Origin: the human T2T-CHM13v2.0 reference genome, Homo sapiens
Strand: one strand, 5' to 3'
Assembly: GCF_009914755.1 (NCBI RefSeq)
Contig: NC_060935.1
Length of the DNA stretch: 64,000 nt
Shown: piece by piece, positions 1-28,920 of the stretch
Layout: every line of letters starts with the position of its first letter
Numbering within the stretch: the stretch's first letter is position 1
Made by a program: the position numbers and the translations under genes
The notes under the pieces: model-generated
What the model was told of the DNA's origin: nothing
Seen by the model: only the letters and a program-made list of their open reading frames with translations
Databases searched by the model: none

Positions 1-267
1 CCTTTCCTCTCCTTCAAGGTTGGTGTTGGGGCTGAAAGCCGTAATTCTTTAATCACGTGGTTAGTTCCTGGGCAAGGAGCCCCTATCTTGAAGCTATCCA
101 GGAGCTTCTGGCATGCAGAAACCCACTTATCACTGTCATTTCATTAGCATACAAAAAACCATTTATCACTTTGGAGATTCCCAGGGTTTTAGGAGCTGTG
201 TGCCAGAATACTGGGACTAAGACTATCTATACATACTGCATATCTTATTATACATCACAGTGTCATA
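1..267 (-). mobile_element. LTR fragment, MER21-like
   Basis: Motifs such as 'ggagattcccagggttttaggagctgtgtgccag' resemble the recalled MER21 consensus; boundaries approximate. Confidence 0.55.
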
Positions 268-284
268 CCATCTTTCCAAACCTA

Positions 285-1310
<1,026 letters not shown>

Positions 1311-1567
1311 GAACACAATCTGACAGGGCAATTATGTGACTAAAATAATGAAATATTAAAAACTGAATTTTCCACAGAAAATCTGGTATATTCATTGGCT
1401 AAATCTATGATTACTCTTCCTAGAACTCCTACCTTTAGCCTCATTTCTCTGATATGCTGTTTTTCTGACTCATATTAACCACAACGAGGATTAACTTCTT
1501 CAAATTTAGACTAACACTTGATATTATTTGCATTGGCAACCTAATATTTGTCACTACAGTAAATACC

Positions 1568-2585
<1,018 letters not shown>

Positions 2586-2879
2586 ACACCGAAATGCAGA
2601 TTTCCATTTGCTTTTGGTTTTAAAGCTCAGCTTCCTTTTAGTTTACCTGTAAAGCCTCTGTGTGGCCTAATCTTTCATTCAGTAGCAATTTACTATTACA
2701 TACTATACTAGGTGCTCTGGTACATGCTGTAGTGGTATTAGTATATAGTAGTATGTACTCTACTGGTATATATGGTACATATTGTACTGGTACATACTGT
2801 GCCAGGTACTAGGAATACAAAGATGAATAAGACATAGTCCCTGACCTGGAAGAGCTTGGTCTAGTGGGGACACTGACAT

Positions 2880-3925
<1,046 letters not shown>

Positions 3926-3949
3926 CAGGTGAAAAAATAATTGAAATAA

Positions 3950-5342
<1,393 letters not shown>

Positions 5343-5515
5343 ACATGTTAAAGGAAACTGAATATCATAACAAGAGAAATTTACTAAAGAATACATGGGC
5401 CAGGCACAGTGGCTCACACCTGTAATCCCAGCACTCTGGGAGGCTGAGGTGGGCAGATCTGTTAAACCCAGGAGTTCGAGATCAGCCTGGGCAACATGGA
5501 GAAACTCTGTCTCTA

Positions 5516-6219
<704 letters not shown>

Positions 6220-6491
6220 CCTCATCTTTAAAAAAAAACAAAAACACAAACAAACAAACATGAATTTGAACTTCTGGTGCTGGCCAAGATGGAATAAGCC
6301 TTGGCCAGCACCAAGACTTAGCACAACAACCTGTTTCCCACACAATTACAAAATATAGAACTTTGCATGAAAAAAAGCATCCCTTTCAGAACAGTTGAAA
6401 ATTAAACAATGGGCTGGGCATGGTGGCTTATGCCAGTAGGCCCAGCACTTTGGAAGGCCCAGGTGGGAGGATTGCTTAAGCCCAGGAGTTT

Positions 6492-8768
6492 TGTTACGGG
6501 ATCTTTGGGGTGTCACTTTTCTGGCTGGAAACCTGTGGCTGGTAGTGCCTTTGCTTGAGCTTTGTTCAGGCACACTGGACTCATTCCACCCATTCAGCCT
6601 GGCAGGCTGTGCTCAGCTCATGCTACTGGCTGGGATCCCATGCCTCCAAGAAAGACTGTGAGTCAGGCATGGAGAGGTGAGGGGTATCTGAGCACGTATG
6701 GGATCCAGCCACTGCACAGTCAGACATGCTGGCTGCACCAGGTGCACTACAAGCTGCTTCCCCAGCTGGCATTGGGGAATGCGGTGGTGTCCGGAAGCTT
6801 GGAGACATCAGAAACTGCAGGGCCTCAAAGAGGGAGTCACAGCCCTGGCTCAGGGAGTTTCCAGGTCTGGCCTCCCCAAAGGGCTGCCGCTCTTCTTCTC
6901 TCCACCCACAATGTGGTGAGCAAGGGGCATGTTTCAGCCCTGTTTGTGTTACAGCTCTTTTAGTCTTGCCTTTCAGCGAGTCCCAAGTTCTTGTCCTGCA
7001 ACCAGGAAGAATGAGGTATGCAGACAAGTGAAAGGTGAGCAAGATGAAAAGGAGCTTCAATGAGCATTAGAACAGCTCAAAGAAGACCTGCAGTGGGCAG
7101 CTCCTTTCCATAGACAGGGTGTCCTGATGAGTGTTCAGCTCCTAGCAGAGAGGGTAGCTCCTCTCTGCAGGCAGGTCGTCCCAACAATTGTTCAGTTCTC
7201 AGCAGAGAGAGTAGCTCCTCTCTGCAGTGGGTTGTCTCACCATCTGTAGCTCTCACCAGAGAGGAGGCCCTAGAGTTGGTGGCTCCTCTCTGTAGGCAGG
7301 TTGTCCTGTCATCTCTCTGTCCTTTGCTTTGCTCTGGCTGAGCCTGGGGCTTTTATGGGCCTCAGAGGGGAAGAAGTGTGCGCTAATTGGTCCAAGGGCG
7401 GCCATGGATAGGCCAAGAAAAGGCACCACAAGTCTTCACTCTGGTTCCCAGGACTGGCAGTTTGGCCCCCAGCATTCAGGCCCTCCCTGACCTGAAGGTG
7501 GGGCCTCACCGGGGACCCACCCTTTTCTGCCCAGAAGCCTGTCTGCCTCCTGCCGCTGTCCATGGTTCCCAGGCTGCTCAAGTCAAGGGTCACCTGTAGG
7601 CCAGTGCTGAGCCTATTGATTTTTTTTGTTTGTTTTGTTTTGTTTGAGACAGGGTCTCATTCTGTTGCCCTGACTGGAGTGCAGCACTCCCCTCGGCTTC
7701 CCCACTATGCTTGTTGGTACCCAAAGTCTGGCAGGGCCAAGGCAGCAGGGGGCCGGCATGTCAGCACTGCCCCAAGTGTGTGCACACCTGGCTGGGCTGT
7801 GACAGTACCCCAGCTTGGCCCCATGTTGCTCCAAGATCAGAGCAGGTGCCAACAGCAGGGAGAAGCCAGTCAGTAGGAGCAGTCACTTCTGAGACCATGG
7901 GGTTGGGGGACTTCCCAGGCCTCCAAGAGTGCAGAGAGGCCCAGGTCTGGAGGTGTGAGGCATGCAGGGTGCCTGCCTGCTCTGGCCCCAAAAACACAGG
8001 AAGGCCTGAGTCCACAGCCCCAACTTGGGCAGCTGCAGTTGCACCTGGGGTGGGGGGGATGGGGGCTGCTGCCTGCTCCCAGCTCCCACCAGTTCTGTGG
8101 AGCATGCAGCCCCAGCCAGGTCCCTTGCAGTCTGCGGCAGGAGCTCCAGGTCCTTGCTGGGCCCGGGCCAGCGTCGGGGCAGGGGTGATGTTGCTGTGAG
8201 CTCCCCACATGGCCCTGGCACTCAGGGGTGACCTGGGGCTCCCCTCTGCCTAGCTCATGGCCCTTCCCTCGGTGGGGGGCTTCTGGGACCAGATCACACG
8301 TGCAGGCCAGGGCCAGCTATCAGGAGTGTCAGGTTCAGCAGTCACCCTGATGTGGGGCAGACCTTGGGGATGTGGCTCCAGGGGGCCCTACACAGAGCCT
8401 CCTCCTGAGGTGCAGGAACCCAGAGCCATCAGCGGGGTGGGAATGGTGGCCATTGGCCAGGTCCCTGAAGCGGGTGCCACTCCCACTTCCCACCCCAGGC
8501 CCCCAAAGCATGGCCCCAACTCTGCACCCTGGGCCTGGGCCCTATACTCCATTTGCAAGCGCAGCACCGCCTGGAGCCCAGCTCCACCTCAGGGCACCTC
8601 TCTGCCCTACTGTGGTTTTCCCCCACTGGTGGGCAACCAGGCCTGGCCCCATTGTAGTGGCCCCCAGGGCAGCAGGCTGCAGGAGGGCTGACCACCTCCT
8701 CCCCATGCCCTCCCCATAGCCAGGGCTCAATGGCAGTGGCCACTCTGGATGGCCTGCCAGTGCCATCA
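6492..8768 (-). mobile_element. Long GC-rich ERV1 LTR (MER52-like) inserted inside an Alu
   Basis: tgttac...catca termini with a 4-bp TSD GTTT (6488-6491, 8769-8772). The Alu halves on either side join seamlessly (ggagttt | gagatcagcctgg). Internal 'gtagctcctctctg' repeats at about 7095-7295. Confidence 0.75.
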
Positions 8769-8973
8769 GTTTGAGATCAGCCTGGACAAGATAGTGAGAT
8801 CCTGTCTCTACAAAAATTAAAAATTGACTAGGTGTGGTGGTGCACACCTGTAGTCCCAGCTACTAGGGAGGCTGAGGTGGAAGGATCATTTGAGCCCCGG
8901 AGGTCACGGCTAAAGTGAGCCATGATCAGGTGACTGCACTCCAGTCAGGGCAACAGAGTGAGACCCTGTCTCA

Positions 8974-9573
<600 letters not shown>

Positions 9574-10099
9574 TTATGTTTTCTGTTCTCTCCTGGCCCT
9601 CTTCTGTTCTCTCCATGCACCTGTTAGTCCCAGATATTTGGGAGGCTGAGGTGGGAGGATCCCTTGACTAGCCCCATTGCAGGCAAAGCTGTTCTGCTGC
9701 ATCAGTGGCAGCAGGTAAGCTGTTATCTAAAAGTCTGAGAGAAAAACACATCTCTTGGGCCAGAGGAATCAGGAAATGAGCCTCTTGTGATCCTATTTTC
9801 TCCCTCTTTTACTACTGTATATGGAGGGTGGTCCCAGTAATACAGAACTGCATCACAGGGGGCGCTAAAACTAAGATACACTGGCCAGAGGAAGTGCAGA
9901 AAAGGGGTGTGATTCATAGTATCCTTTTATTAACACTTTAATTCTTGTAATGACTTGGAACGTGAATCCCAAATTATCTTACACTCTGTTCTGTTATTTT
10001 TGTGCTTTGGTTTGGATTTTTCCATTGACTAGCCTTTGAGTTCATTAATCCTGTTCTCTACTGTATCAAATCTTTTATTAAACCTATCCAATGACAAAA

Positions 10100-10380
10100 T
10101 TCAAATGTCAAAATCCTAACCCCTAAGGTGATGGTATTAGGGGGTGGGGCCTGCTGGGAAGCGATGAAGCCATGGAGGCAGAGCCCTCATGAAGGGGATT
10201 GGTACCCTTATAAAAGAGACCTGAGGGAGCTTGTTTATCTTTTCCAAGTGAGAACTCAGCAAGAAGGTGTTGTGTATAAATCAGGAAATGGGTCTTCACC
10301 AGATACCAAATCTACTGGCACATTGATCTTGAACTTCTCAGTCTCCAGAACTGTGAGAAATAACTTTCTGTTGTTTATTT
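10100..10380 (+). mobile_element. MaLR LTR fragment (MLT1-like)
   Basis: 'aatcctaacccctaaggtgatggtattagggggtggggcc...ctccagaactgtgagaaataa' is typical of MLT1/MST. Confidence 0.7.
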
Positions 10381-10553
10381 AAAAAAAAAAAAAAACAAAA
10401 AACAAAACAAAAAAAACAGGTCAGGCATGGTCACTCACACCTGTAATCCCAGTACTTTGGGAGGCTGAGGCAGGAGGATCACCTGAGACCAGGAATTCAA
10501 GATCAGCCTGGGCAAGATGGTGAAACCTTATCTCTACAAAATAATTGTTTTTA

Positions 10554-10722
<169 letters not shown>

Positions 10723-10907
10723 CTATCCAATGGGTTCCTGATTTTAACTTTTTTTTTAACAGACAGGGTCATGCTCTGTTGGCCACACTAGAGTAGAGTG
10801 GCACAGTTACAGCTCACTGCAGCCTCAACCTCTGGGGCTCAAGTGATCCTCCACCCCAGCGCCCCAAGTAGCTGGGACTACAGGCGCACACCACCACACC
10901 CAGCTAA

Positions 10908-11057
<150 letters not shown>

Positions 11058-11199
11058 TAATTTTTTTAAAAAATTTTGTGTAGAGATGGAATCTTGCTAT
11101 GTTGCCCACAGTGGTCTCAAACTCCTGGCCTCAAGGGATCCTCCCATCTAGGCCTCCTAAAGTTCTGCGATTACAAGCATAAGCCACCACACCTAGCAT

Positions 11200-14276
<3,077 letters not shown>

Positions 14277-14429
14277 TCACTACCACGCCCAGCTAATTTT
14301 TGTATTTTTAGTAGAAAAGGGGGTTTCACCATATTGGCCAGGCTGGTCTCGAACTCCTGACCTTGTGATCCGCCCAACTCAGCCTCCCAAAGTGCTGGGA
14401 TTACAGTCGTGAGTCACTTTGCCTGGCCA

Positions 14430-15185
<756 letters not shown>

Positions 15186-15339
15186 CTGAGGGACTGTTTC
15201 CCCAGAAGGTGATCTCTGTTTCAAAATAAGTCAATGACAGGTCTAGAACAAGATAACATCTGATGTAGGTGGCTAAAACCCAAGACTCCAAACCAGGCCT
15301 GTATCTAAACAAATGCTTAATATTAGCAAATGTTAATAC

Positions 15340-17320
<1,981 letters not shown>

Positions 17321-17771
17321 TGCCACTGCGCCTGGCTATTAATCAGATTTTAAAATAAAGTTAAAAAAATTTTTTAAACAAATTTACACGAAAAGCAAGT
17401 ACAGTGGTTCTCGAACATGATTGGGCGACAGACTGTACAGCTTGCCAGAAATAGGTTTCTCTCATGAAAATTCAACCCCCTCCACACACGGCCATCTACT
17501 TTCTTCTTCAGCAGGGACTGACACCAGGGCAACCGTATTTTCCTAAATACCTTAGGAAAGTAGTTCAAAACCTAGATATATCTTGGTCAGAACAAAATCT
17601 GGCAAACACTCATGATAAACGGTATATATAATTCCTTAAACGAAATATAGAGGTTTGTAATATAAAATAATCCATCTTTGTCTGTGGAATTCCTACTAAT
17701 GAAATACGTTCTTGGAGACCCAAAGACTGAAGTTATACCACTTCTTCTTAATCTTTTAAATATTATTTGCA

Positions 17772-17936
17772 GGCCAGGCATGGTGACACGCTCCTATAGT
17801 CCCAGCTCCTCAGGAGGCTAAGGCAGGAGCATCGTTGGAGCCCAGGAGCTCCAGGCTGTAGCGTGCTGACAGCACTTGTGAATAACCTCTGCACTCAGCC
17901 TGGGCAACATAGTGGGACCCCATCACTAATAAAAAA
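17772..17936 (+). mobile_element. FAM (fossil Alu monomer)
   Basis: Monomer with the FAM-diagnostic 'gtgaata(g)cc(a)ctgcactc(c)agcctgggcaacatag' segment and an A-tail. Confidence 0.7.
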
Positions 17937-18174
17937 GTGAGATCAACATTATTTATTCTGTTACTCGGGCATAAAATAAATATTAAGCACTTACTACATG
18001 CCAGAGTCTATTATGTCTGCTGCAGATATTGGCTGTCATAGAGTTATAACTAACAGGAAACCAAATAATTACGTAGTATAATTTTAAGTGGTGATAAGCA
18101 CGATTGTTTCCCCCAAGCCATGCCCTTAATTTCTAACTCTTCAGATAGTGTTTCTTTAAAAAATTTCTTGCTAA

Positions 18175-18363
<189 letters not shown>

Positions 18364-18469
18364 TAAGATCCAAGGATCCATTAATTTCCTTTTCCTTAAC
18401 TCTTCTAGCCTCTGCAGCTTTCTTTCCTCATCCACTTTTTAAACAAACGCAGGCTTAAAAAGCAGGGAA

Positions 18470-19260
<791 letters not shown>

Positions 19261-21555
19261 ACAAGGTAGGACACGACTTTACGTAATACTCCTGCGGGTC
19301 TCCTTGAATGGCAGCGTTTAGAGACACTGTCAAACCGTGAAATGTTTAAATGAATGCTTCTCTGTAGAGGGCCTTTAATGTAGCACACTTAGTGGCTAAA
19401 AGAGCCCTAGATCGGGGCTCTGCCCCTTGCCGGCTGTGTGACCTTGGGCGAGTTACTTTGCATCCTTGTGCGGTGTGAATGATGATAGTAGCACCTGCAG
19501 AAAAGAGGTCTGTTTTGACTGAAATGTGTGACGAGGTCCAAGAGGTAGGCGGGTCCAGATCATGTAGAACCCAGTAGGCCGGGATAAGCGTTTGACTAGT
19601 GTTAAGACCACTGAAAGCTTTTGCAGGATAAGTAGAGATGGTTTTGTTAAAGTTTACTCTAGATGCTTTCTAATAAATGAATTATAGGGAAAGCAAAACT
19701 GGAAGGGAGGAGACTAGGAGGGAAGTGAAGAAATAATGAGTGGGTTTCAGATTCTCATTATTGTCAAGGATTTTTGAAAAAAAAATCAAAATTCTTAATT
19801 TAGTTATGCAGCACACCCAGTGTAAATGGGAATTTAAAGATGTCATTTCAGGGCAGTGCTGTTAGGATTATTAGGGGTCTATTTGCAAAAAAAGGTAAAT
19901 ACTACTTTATACCTCACACAAAAATTATTTCCACAGTAATTTTTGAGGATTGAAGTGCCAAATGAAGAAAGTAAAACAAAGTGTTAGAAGAAATAATGAA
20001 AGAATAGTTGTATTATTCTGGGAGTCGGATAGATCTTCTTAATTTCGGAAATAACAGGACAGGCATGGTGGCTCACACCTGTAGTTCCAACATTTTTGGA
20101 GGCCAAGGTGGAAGGATCACTTGAGCCCAGACTTCAAGACCAGCCTGAGCAACATAGGGAGCTCCTGCCTCTACAAATTAAAAAAATTAGCTGGGCGTGG
20201 TGGTGCACGTCTGTGGTCCCAGCTACTGGGGAGGCTGAGGGAGGAGGATGGATTCAGCCAGTGAGATCAAGGCTGCAGTGAGCTATGATTGTGCCACCGC
20301 ACTCCAGCCTGGGTAACAGAACAAGACTCTAACATCCACACACAACCACACACCTACCTACCTTACAAAGTATAGATATATTACTTACATAAAATTTAAA
20401 AATAATGGGAAAAGATGCCATAAGCAAAGTAAAAAGATAAATGACAGACTGGGAGAAGTTCTACACATATAACACAAATTTAGTTGATATCTTCTCTATT
20501 CAAAAAGTCCCTTCAGACTGAAAAGAAAATAATGACACTTTGGAAAAATAGGCCAAAGGTATCTGAAGGCTCATAGAGGAGAGACTTCAGATACCAATAA
20601 ACAGAACATAGACTCAATCTCATTACTAGGGACTGGGAAATTAAAACATGATTAAGATACTCTTTCCATGCACAAAATTGACAGAAATTGAAAAGATTGT
20701 TAATATTCAGGGTTAGGAATGTGAACTGGTAGTGATTCTGAAAGACAATTTGGCAGTTTAATATGTGCCAACATTTAATTTTAACTTTTTTTGGTTTGTT
20801 TTGTTTTTTTTTTTGAGATGGAGTCTTGCTCTGTCGACCAGGCTGGAGTGCAGTGGTGCAATCTCGGCTCACTGCAACCCCTGCCTCCTGGATTCAAAAC
20901 TATTCTCCCACTTCAGCTTCCCTAGTATGTGGGACTGTAGGCGTGCGGCACCATGCCTGGCTAATTTTTGTATTTTTAGTAGAGATAGAGTTTCACCATG
21001 TTGGCCAGGCTGGTCTTAAATACCTGATGTCAGGTGATCCACCCTGCCTCGGCCTCCCAAAGTGCTGGGATTACAGGCCTGAGCCACTGCACCCAGCCGA
21101 AACTTTTAAATGTATATCTCCTTTGATTCACTATTACCACGACTAAAAATTTAACCTGCAGAAAAAGTTGCACATATACAGGGTATATATTCAAGATGTT
21201 TACCACTGCTAGCATTGTTGGAAGCAGTTTACTTGTTGGAAGCAATCTACATGTCCGTTAAATACAAGTGGTTAAACATACCGTACATCCATGTTCCAGA
21301 ATATCATACAGTGTTAGAAGAATTAAGTAGACTCATAAGTACTAACATGGAAGTGTCTCTAGGAAATATTAAGTGGGGGCGGGGGAAAGGCAAGTAATAG
21401 AAAATTGGAAATAGATGTATGTAAGTGCATAGAAAAACCTTTGAAAGGGTACACTCATTGGGGCCGGGCGCAGTGGCTCACGTCTGTAATCCCAGCACTT
21501 TCGGAGGCCGGGGCAGGCAGATCACGAGGTCAGGAGATCAAGACCATCCTGACTA

Positions 21556-21783
<228 letters not shown>

Positions 21784-22263
21784 TTAATAGTGGTTACCTC
21801 TCAGGAGGGGAGAGAATCGGGTGGGGAATGAAGGAAAACTTTCACTTTTTACCCTCTAATTCTTTATTGTGTGAACTCTATATAGTGAATGTTCATGTAT
21901 TTAATCACAATACTTTTTTTAATGGTTAAAAGGAAGATATGCTAATAGTGGCTGGCTTACAGGTCATTTTCATTTTGTACTTTTCTGTATTTTGGAAATT
22001 TTGTACAATTGTAAATTCAAGTTCTAAACACTGTAAGAAGATTATTAAAAAGGTTTACATAAATTTGAAAAGAGATTTGAGTCTATAATGTTGTAATGAT
22101 AAATTTAACCTGTGGAAATAGATGTCATATTCATTTTGCGATTGTAGGAATGCTAATGTGAATGTTAACAAAGTTTTAAGAAACGGTAGAGGAGATGGCA
22201 TAAATAAGAGAACAATTTGAAATTTAATTAATTATTTCTCCTTTTAGTACTTTTTAAACCTAA

Positions 22264-22515
<252 letters not shown>

Positions 22516-22848
22516 TGAATAATAAAATTTTATTTATTAAATCCCAGGACCCTTTTTTGGCTTTGTGCTTGTTGTTCCATTTTCCTTTCTTGCAAAATTA
22601 AGTCCAGATGAAGATTTAAAGACTAACTGGTCTAAAACAAAGCCATACAACTGCATTTCCTTTATTTTTTTATTATATACCTATGATCCTTGGAAGAGTT
22701 AAGTTTCATTAAGAATGTAATACCTTTAAGGCCAGGCGTGGTGGCTCACGCCTGTAATCCCAGCACTTTGGGAGGCCAAGGCGGGCAGATCACGAGGTCA
22801 GGAGATCGAGACCATCCTGGCTAATGCTGTGAAACCTTGTCTCTATTA

Positions 22849-23057
<209 letters not shown>

Positions 23058-24902
23058 TTAACAAATTCTTATAGCCTGGGTCCTTGGTCTGTGATATATT
23101 ACACAAAAATGTGATGATATAATGGCTTTGGAATCAGGTAGACCTGGATTCGAATCCTGCCTCTGCCTTCATTAACTGTGTGACCTTAAATTAAGCAAGT
23201 TATTTTCTCTTAAGTCCCTGTTTTTCCATCTAATCCTTCCTTCCCTTTTTTTTTAAGGGATGGATTAGAAAAGTTAGGCGAAATTATGGAGCATATTGAG
23301 AGCTGGGTAGAATTGCTGCTATTTCATAAACAGTGTATTCAATTTTTGAACATTTGAAGATGAAAGAGAAGTAGCAGGAAGATGAGTTGGTGAATAGTCT
23401 GAAATCATTGAGGCTACTTGGGTCCTTAAGGAAAACAAGTGTCAAGACCATAACCAAATTAGTCATGGAGAAGAAGTAATGACTGTTAGAACCCATTTGT
23501 AAATAAAATTAATTGAATAGAATTACTCACATAGTAATAGTTTCAGAATCTAGAAACATTGTGCTGGGGGACTAATAGAGTTCCCTAAATCTGCATTCTT
23601 CATTTTATAGAGAGAAAACTAAAGCTTAAAGAGATTTGTAATATGTTCAAGTTGCTGTCAAGCCAGTAGTTAGGGAGCCAAGACTAGAACTCCAGCACCT
23701 AACTCATAGCCCCACTGCCTTTTCTACTATTCTGTGCTTTTCCCAGAAGGGAGTCTCCAGGAATTTCTTAATATCTCCAGGAACTCTTTTATTTACGTTC
23801 CCTAATGCAATCAAAAGATTATTTTGATATGTTTATGAAGCTTTTTATGTGATTTTTGACTCTCATACAGCCAGAAAACTGTATTAAACTGGTTAGTAAA
23901 ATACACAAATTATGGTGATTGTGGATATTTATATATGCATATGTGATACATAGATAGTGACTTCTGATCAGTTTTCCAAAAAATTAGGATTCAGTGAAGT
24001 ACATTTAATATTAACAATGGCAGGGCACGGTGGCTTATGCCTGTAATTCCAACACTTTGGGGAACCAAAGCAGGAAGCCAGGAGTTTGAGACTTTCCCAG
24101 GCAACATAGCAAGACCCTGTCTCTACCAAAAAAAAAAAAAAAAAGCCAGGCTTGGTGTTGCACATCTGGAGTCCCAGCTTCTCAAGAAGCTGAAGCAGGA
24201 GGATCACTTGAGCCAGTAGGTCAAGGCTATGGTGAGCCAAGATGGTGGTACTGCATTCTAGACTGGGTGACAGAACAAGACTCCATCTCAAAAGAAAAAA
24301 AGTTAATGCTGTGTGATTTTAGTCCTAATTCCAAAAGCACTTTAATAGCTTATGGTAAGATGCAAAATATGGTAAGCTACAAAATACAAGATAATTTTAC
24401 AGTTATACCCATTGCAGTCATTCATTCATTCATTAAATCAAATATTATGTGCCAGGCATTGTTCTAGGGTTTGTGGATATAGTGATTTCTGCCATCATGC
24501 AGGTTACCATTGAAGCAGAGATTATAGATGTTAATCAGAAGTATAATGAGTGCCAAAAAGGTTATATATAACTATATGTGTGTATGTACAGGATAGGGGG
24601 CTGGCAATATATAAGGAGAGGAATGGCAGTACATTAAGAGGGGACCCTAACAGGCTGGACAGAGTTGATGCAATGGTAAGTTCTGAGTAGAGGCCATTGT
24701 AGTGTTTTTGGTTTAACATAAGTAAAGCTTTGAGTGAGTTGGACAAAGAAATAGGTTAAGGTTATTATTTTATTAAAAACACTGTTATGTGTACTTGCCC
24801 CTCCTTTTTGCTTTTTGTTCACTTCATTTTATTATTGATAAAATGTGTAATTTTAGAGTCATTTAAAAATCCTGCAGAACTGCATGTTTGGGTTGTTTTT
24901 GA

Positions 24903-25139
<237 letters not shown>

Positions 25140-25931
25140 TAAAAACTATACTTTCTGGCCAGGTGTGGTGGCTCATGCGTGTAATCCTAGCACTTTGGAA
25201 GGCCAAGGCAGTTGGATCACTTGAGGCCAGGAGTTCAAGATGAGCCCAGGCAACATGGCAAAACCCTATCTCTACCAAAAATGCAAAAAATTAGCCAGGC
25301 GTGGTAACACGCACCTGTAATCCTAGCTACTTGGGAGGCTGAGGCATGAGAATTGCTTGAACCCAGGAGGTGGAGGTTGCAGTGAGCCAAGATCGCACCA
25401 TTGCTCTCCAGCATGGGGGACAGAGCGAGACTCTCTCAAAAACACAAACAAAAACAATGCTTTCTGTGTAAGTATAATGTTAAACATCCTTCTATAATGT
25501 ATTATTTCTCAGCTATGTGTTACGTTTCAAAATTTTAATTTCTGTTCATATAAGCCAAAACCACTCTTATCAGAACCTTATAATAAATAGCCTAGTTTCT
25601 ATTTCAAAACCTTTTAGGTACACTTAACAGAAAGTTCAAAGATGGGGTTTATGTGCTGACACACCTTGAAGCATAATTGACTTTTTAGTTAGAAATGAGG
25701 TAGAACTACACTCCTCAATCAAGGCCTTACCTGTAACCCTTAAAAACTGAACATGGCGGGGTGCAGTGGCTCACACCTGTAATCCTAGCACTTTGGGAGG
25801 CTGAGGTGGGCAGATTGCTTGAGCTTAGGAATTCGATACCAGCCTGGGCAACATGGCAAAACTTCATCTCTACAAAAAATACAAAAATTAGCTGGGCGTG
25901 GTGTTGCATACCTGTTAGTCCCAGCTACTCA

Positions 25932-26021
<90 letters not shown>

Positions 26022-27436
26022 TCAAAAAAAACCCCAAAAAAAACCAAACGAAAACTGGACATGATGCAATTCTCAGTGTTCTTCTGAGAATTAAAACAAA
26101 CAAACAAAAAAACTCGACATGAAAGGAGGAAAGAAACTTTCTATTCTTTGCCCTTTCTTTTCCCATTAATCTGCTCAGCTGTTTTTATGTCCTGAGTGAA
26201 GAGAAAGGGTGGCAAAAAGGTTTGCTTTCCTTTTTCCCACCAAACTAGGGCTACAGCACTAACTTAGGGAATGCAACTTTTGGGGGCATACTAAAGTTTG
26301 ATGATGTTGACTTCATATTTTTTGGTATAAATTCTTAGTCGTTGAGCTATAATAAATAGTAGGTTTTACAAGGTAATAATGGCAATGTTTTATAAGCTGC
26401 TGAGGCAGTCAGCGGGGCTGGCTATATGGAAAAACTTCATAGCTCAATGGGGTAGAAGCTGTGAATATCAGGGGAGGAGGCAAGAAGTCTTGGCTTTGAT
26501 CGTTGAGATAATGGTAGAGTGATATCTGAAAGATTCATTTGCCAGAGTAAGCTATCATTATCCTAAAATTAAAAAAAAGTTAAGGTGGTTAAGTCAAATA
26601 CTGGAGGACTGACATGCTTCAGCATTGATATTAGTTGGGTTATTTTGAATCCTGAAGGTTAAATCTCATTATAAAGATGAATTAAAGATGACAAGACCAT
26701 TTAAAAATTTTAATAGGTGGTCTGTAGAAGCAGTGCTTTCTGGTTTTGGGCATTTTCTTTTCCACAAATAATTTGTGTGCAAGAACTTTAATTCTTTCTT
26801 TGGGGTAGTCACTCATGATTATGAAAGGATTTGATCACATTGTTTTTAATTGCAAGAAAATCTTTAGCATCTTCCCTTGTTATAAAACCAGTTACATTGA
26901 ACCACCTATTTCTTATGTAATTCAATGGCCCAGAACAACTTACCCAAACTCCTGACCTACACAAAAACACATCACATAAAATCTAGGAACTGGGCTGGGC
27001 ATGGGGGCTCACACCTGTAATCTCAGCACTTTGGGAGGCCAAGGTGGGAGGATTGCTTGAGCCCAGGAGTTCAAAACCAGACTGAACAACATAGACCCTA
27101 TCTCTAAGAAAAAAAACTTAAAAATTAGCTGGGTGTGATGGCATGTACCTGCAGTCCTAGTTACTTGGGAGGCTGAAGTGGGAGGATTGTTAAATCCTAG
27201 GAGTTTGAGGCTGCAGTGAGCTATGATTACACCACCACACTGCAGCCTGGAAGACAGAGGGAGACCTTGTCTCTAAAAAGATAATAAAAAATAAAAAATC
27301 TAGGAAACTGGTTGAAAAAAAGATGTTATGTGCACTATCCTCTGTCTTTCTGTTGTTGGATGCAGAGCACTTAGTTGAAACCTTAGTAGAGAGGCTAAGC
27401 TCCAGAAGTATTTCATCCCCAAGGTTTCATTTCTAG

Positions 27437-27691
<255 letters not shown>

Positions 27692-27978
27692 TGACCTCAG
27701 GTGATCCATCCGCCTCGTCCTCCCAAAGTGCTGGGATTACAGGCATGAGCCACCATGCCCGCCCTGTGAGTACACCCATTTTTATCAATACTCCATTGGA
27801 ATAAAACAATTTGGATTTTCTGTGGAATTCTTATTATGTTGATGTCATTAGACTAAGAAGTGTTTTTTTTTTTTAAGGTAAATAACCACCCCCCACCTTT
27901 ATCTTTCTTTCCTTTGTTCACCATTCCTCACCCTTTTCCCCCAAAACATATGTTTTTTAGTGGGGACTTACTTTGTGA

Positions 27979-28236
<258 letters not shown>

Positions 28237-28298
28237 TAATTTCTTACGAATAGCCTGAAGTTAATTTGTTAACTTTTTTTGTTTTTGTTGTCATATAG

Positions 28299-28421
<123 letters not shown>

Positions 28422-28570
28422 TGAGCTGACATTTTAAAATAAACTGAAGATAAATATAGGTAGGAAAAATAGATAGTTTGAAGTAAGAACAATTCAAAAT
28501 ATACTTCTAAAATTTATCAATAAACTATTAGTGAATAGCTGTGCAATTTTTTTTTTTTTTTTTTTTTTGA

Positions 28571-28729
<159 letters not shown>

Positions 28730-28920
28730 TAGTAGAGATGGGGTTTCTCCATGTTGGTCAGGCTGGTCTCGAACACCCAACCTCAGGTAATCCACCCGCC
28801 TTAGCCTCCCAAAGTGCTAGGATTACAGGCATGAGCCACCAGCACCTTTTTTTAAGATTGGACTCATTTACTGGTTTTTTGTGTTAAAGAAGTGAGATTT
28901 TTATATTTTGGAAAGAATAT

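Noticed and set aside
2690-2810. Self-similar tagta/tggtacat stretch
   Set aside because: Degenerate low-complexity expansion within an L2-like remnant; no regular repeat-spacer structure.
7095-7295. Periodic gtagctcctctctg repeats resembling an array
   Set aside because: Internal tandem repeats of the LTR; spacers are related to each other, so not CRISPR-like.
6562-8847. Cluster of overlapping 100-160 aa ORFs on both strands
   Set aside because: Lies within a GC-rich LTR where stops are rare; no recognisable domain.
26270-26730. G/T-skewed stretch considered as a possible NUMT
   Set aside because: I could not match it to any mitochondrial gene; BLASTN against mtDNA would decide.
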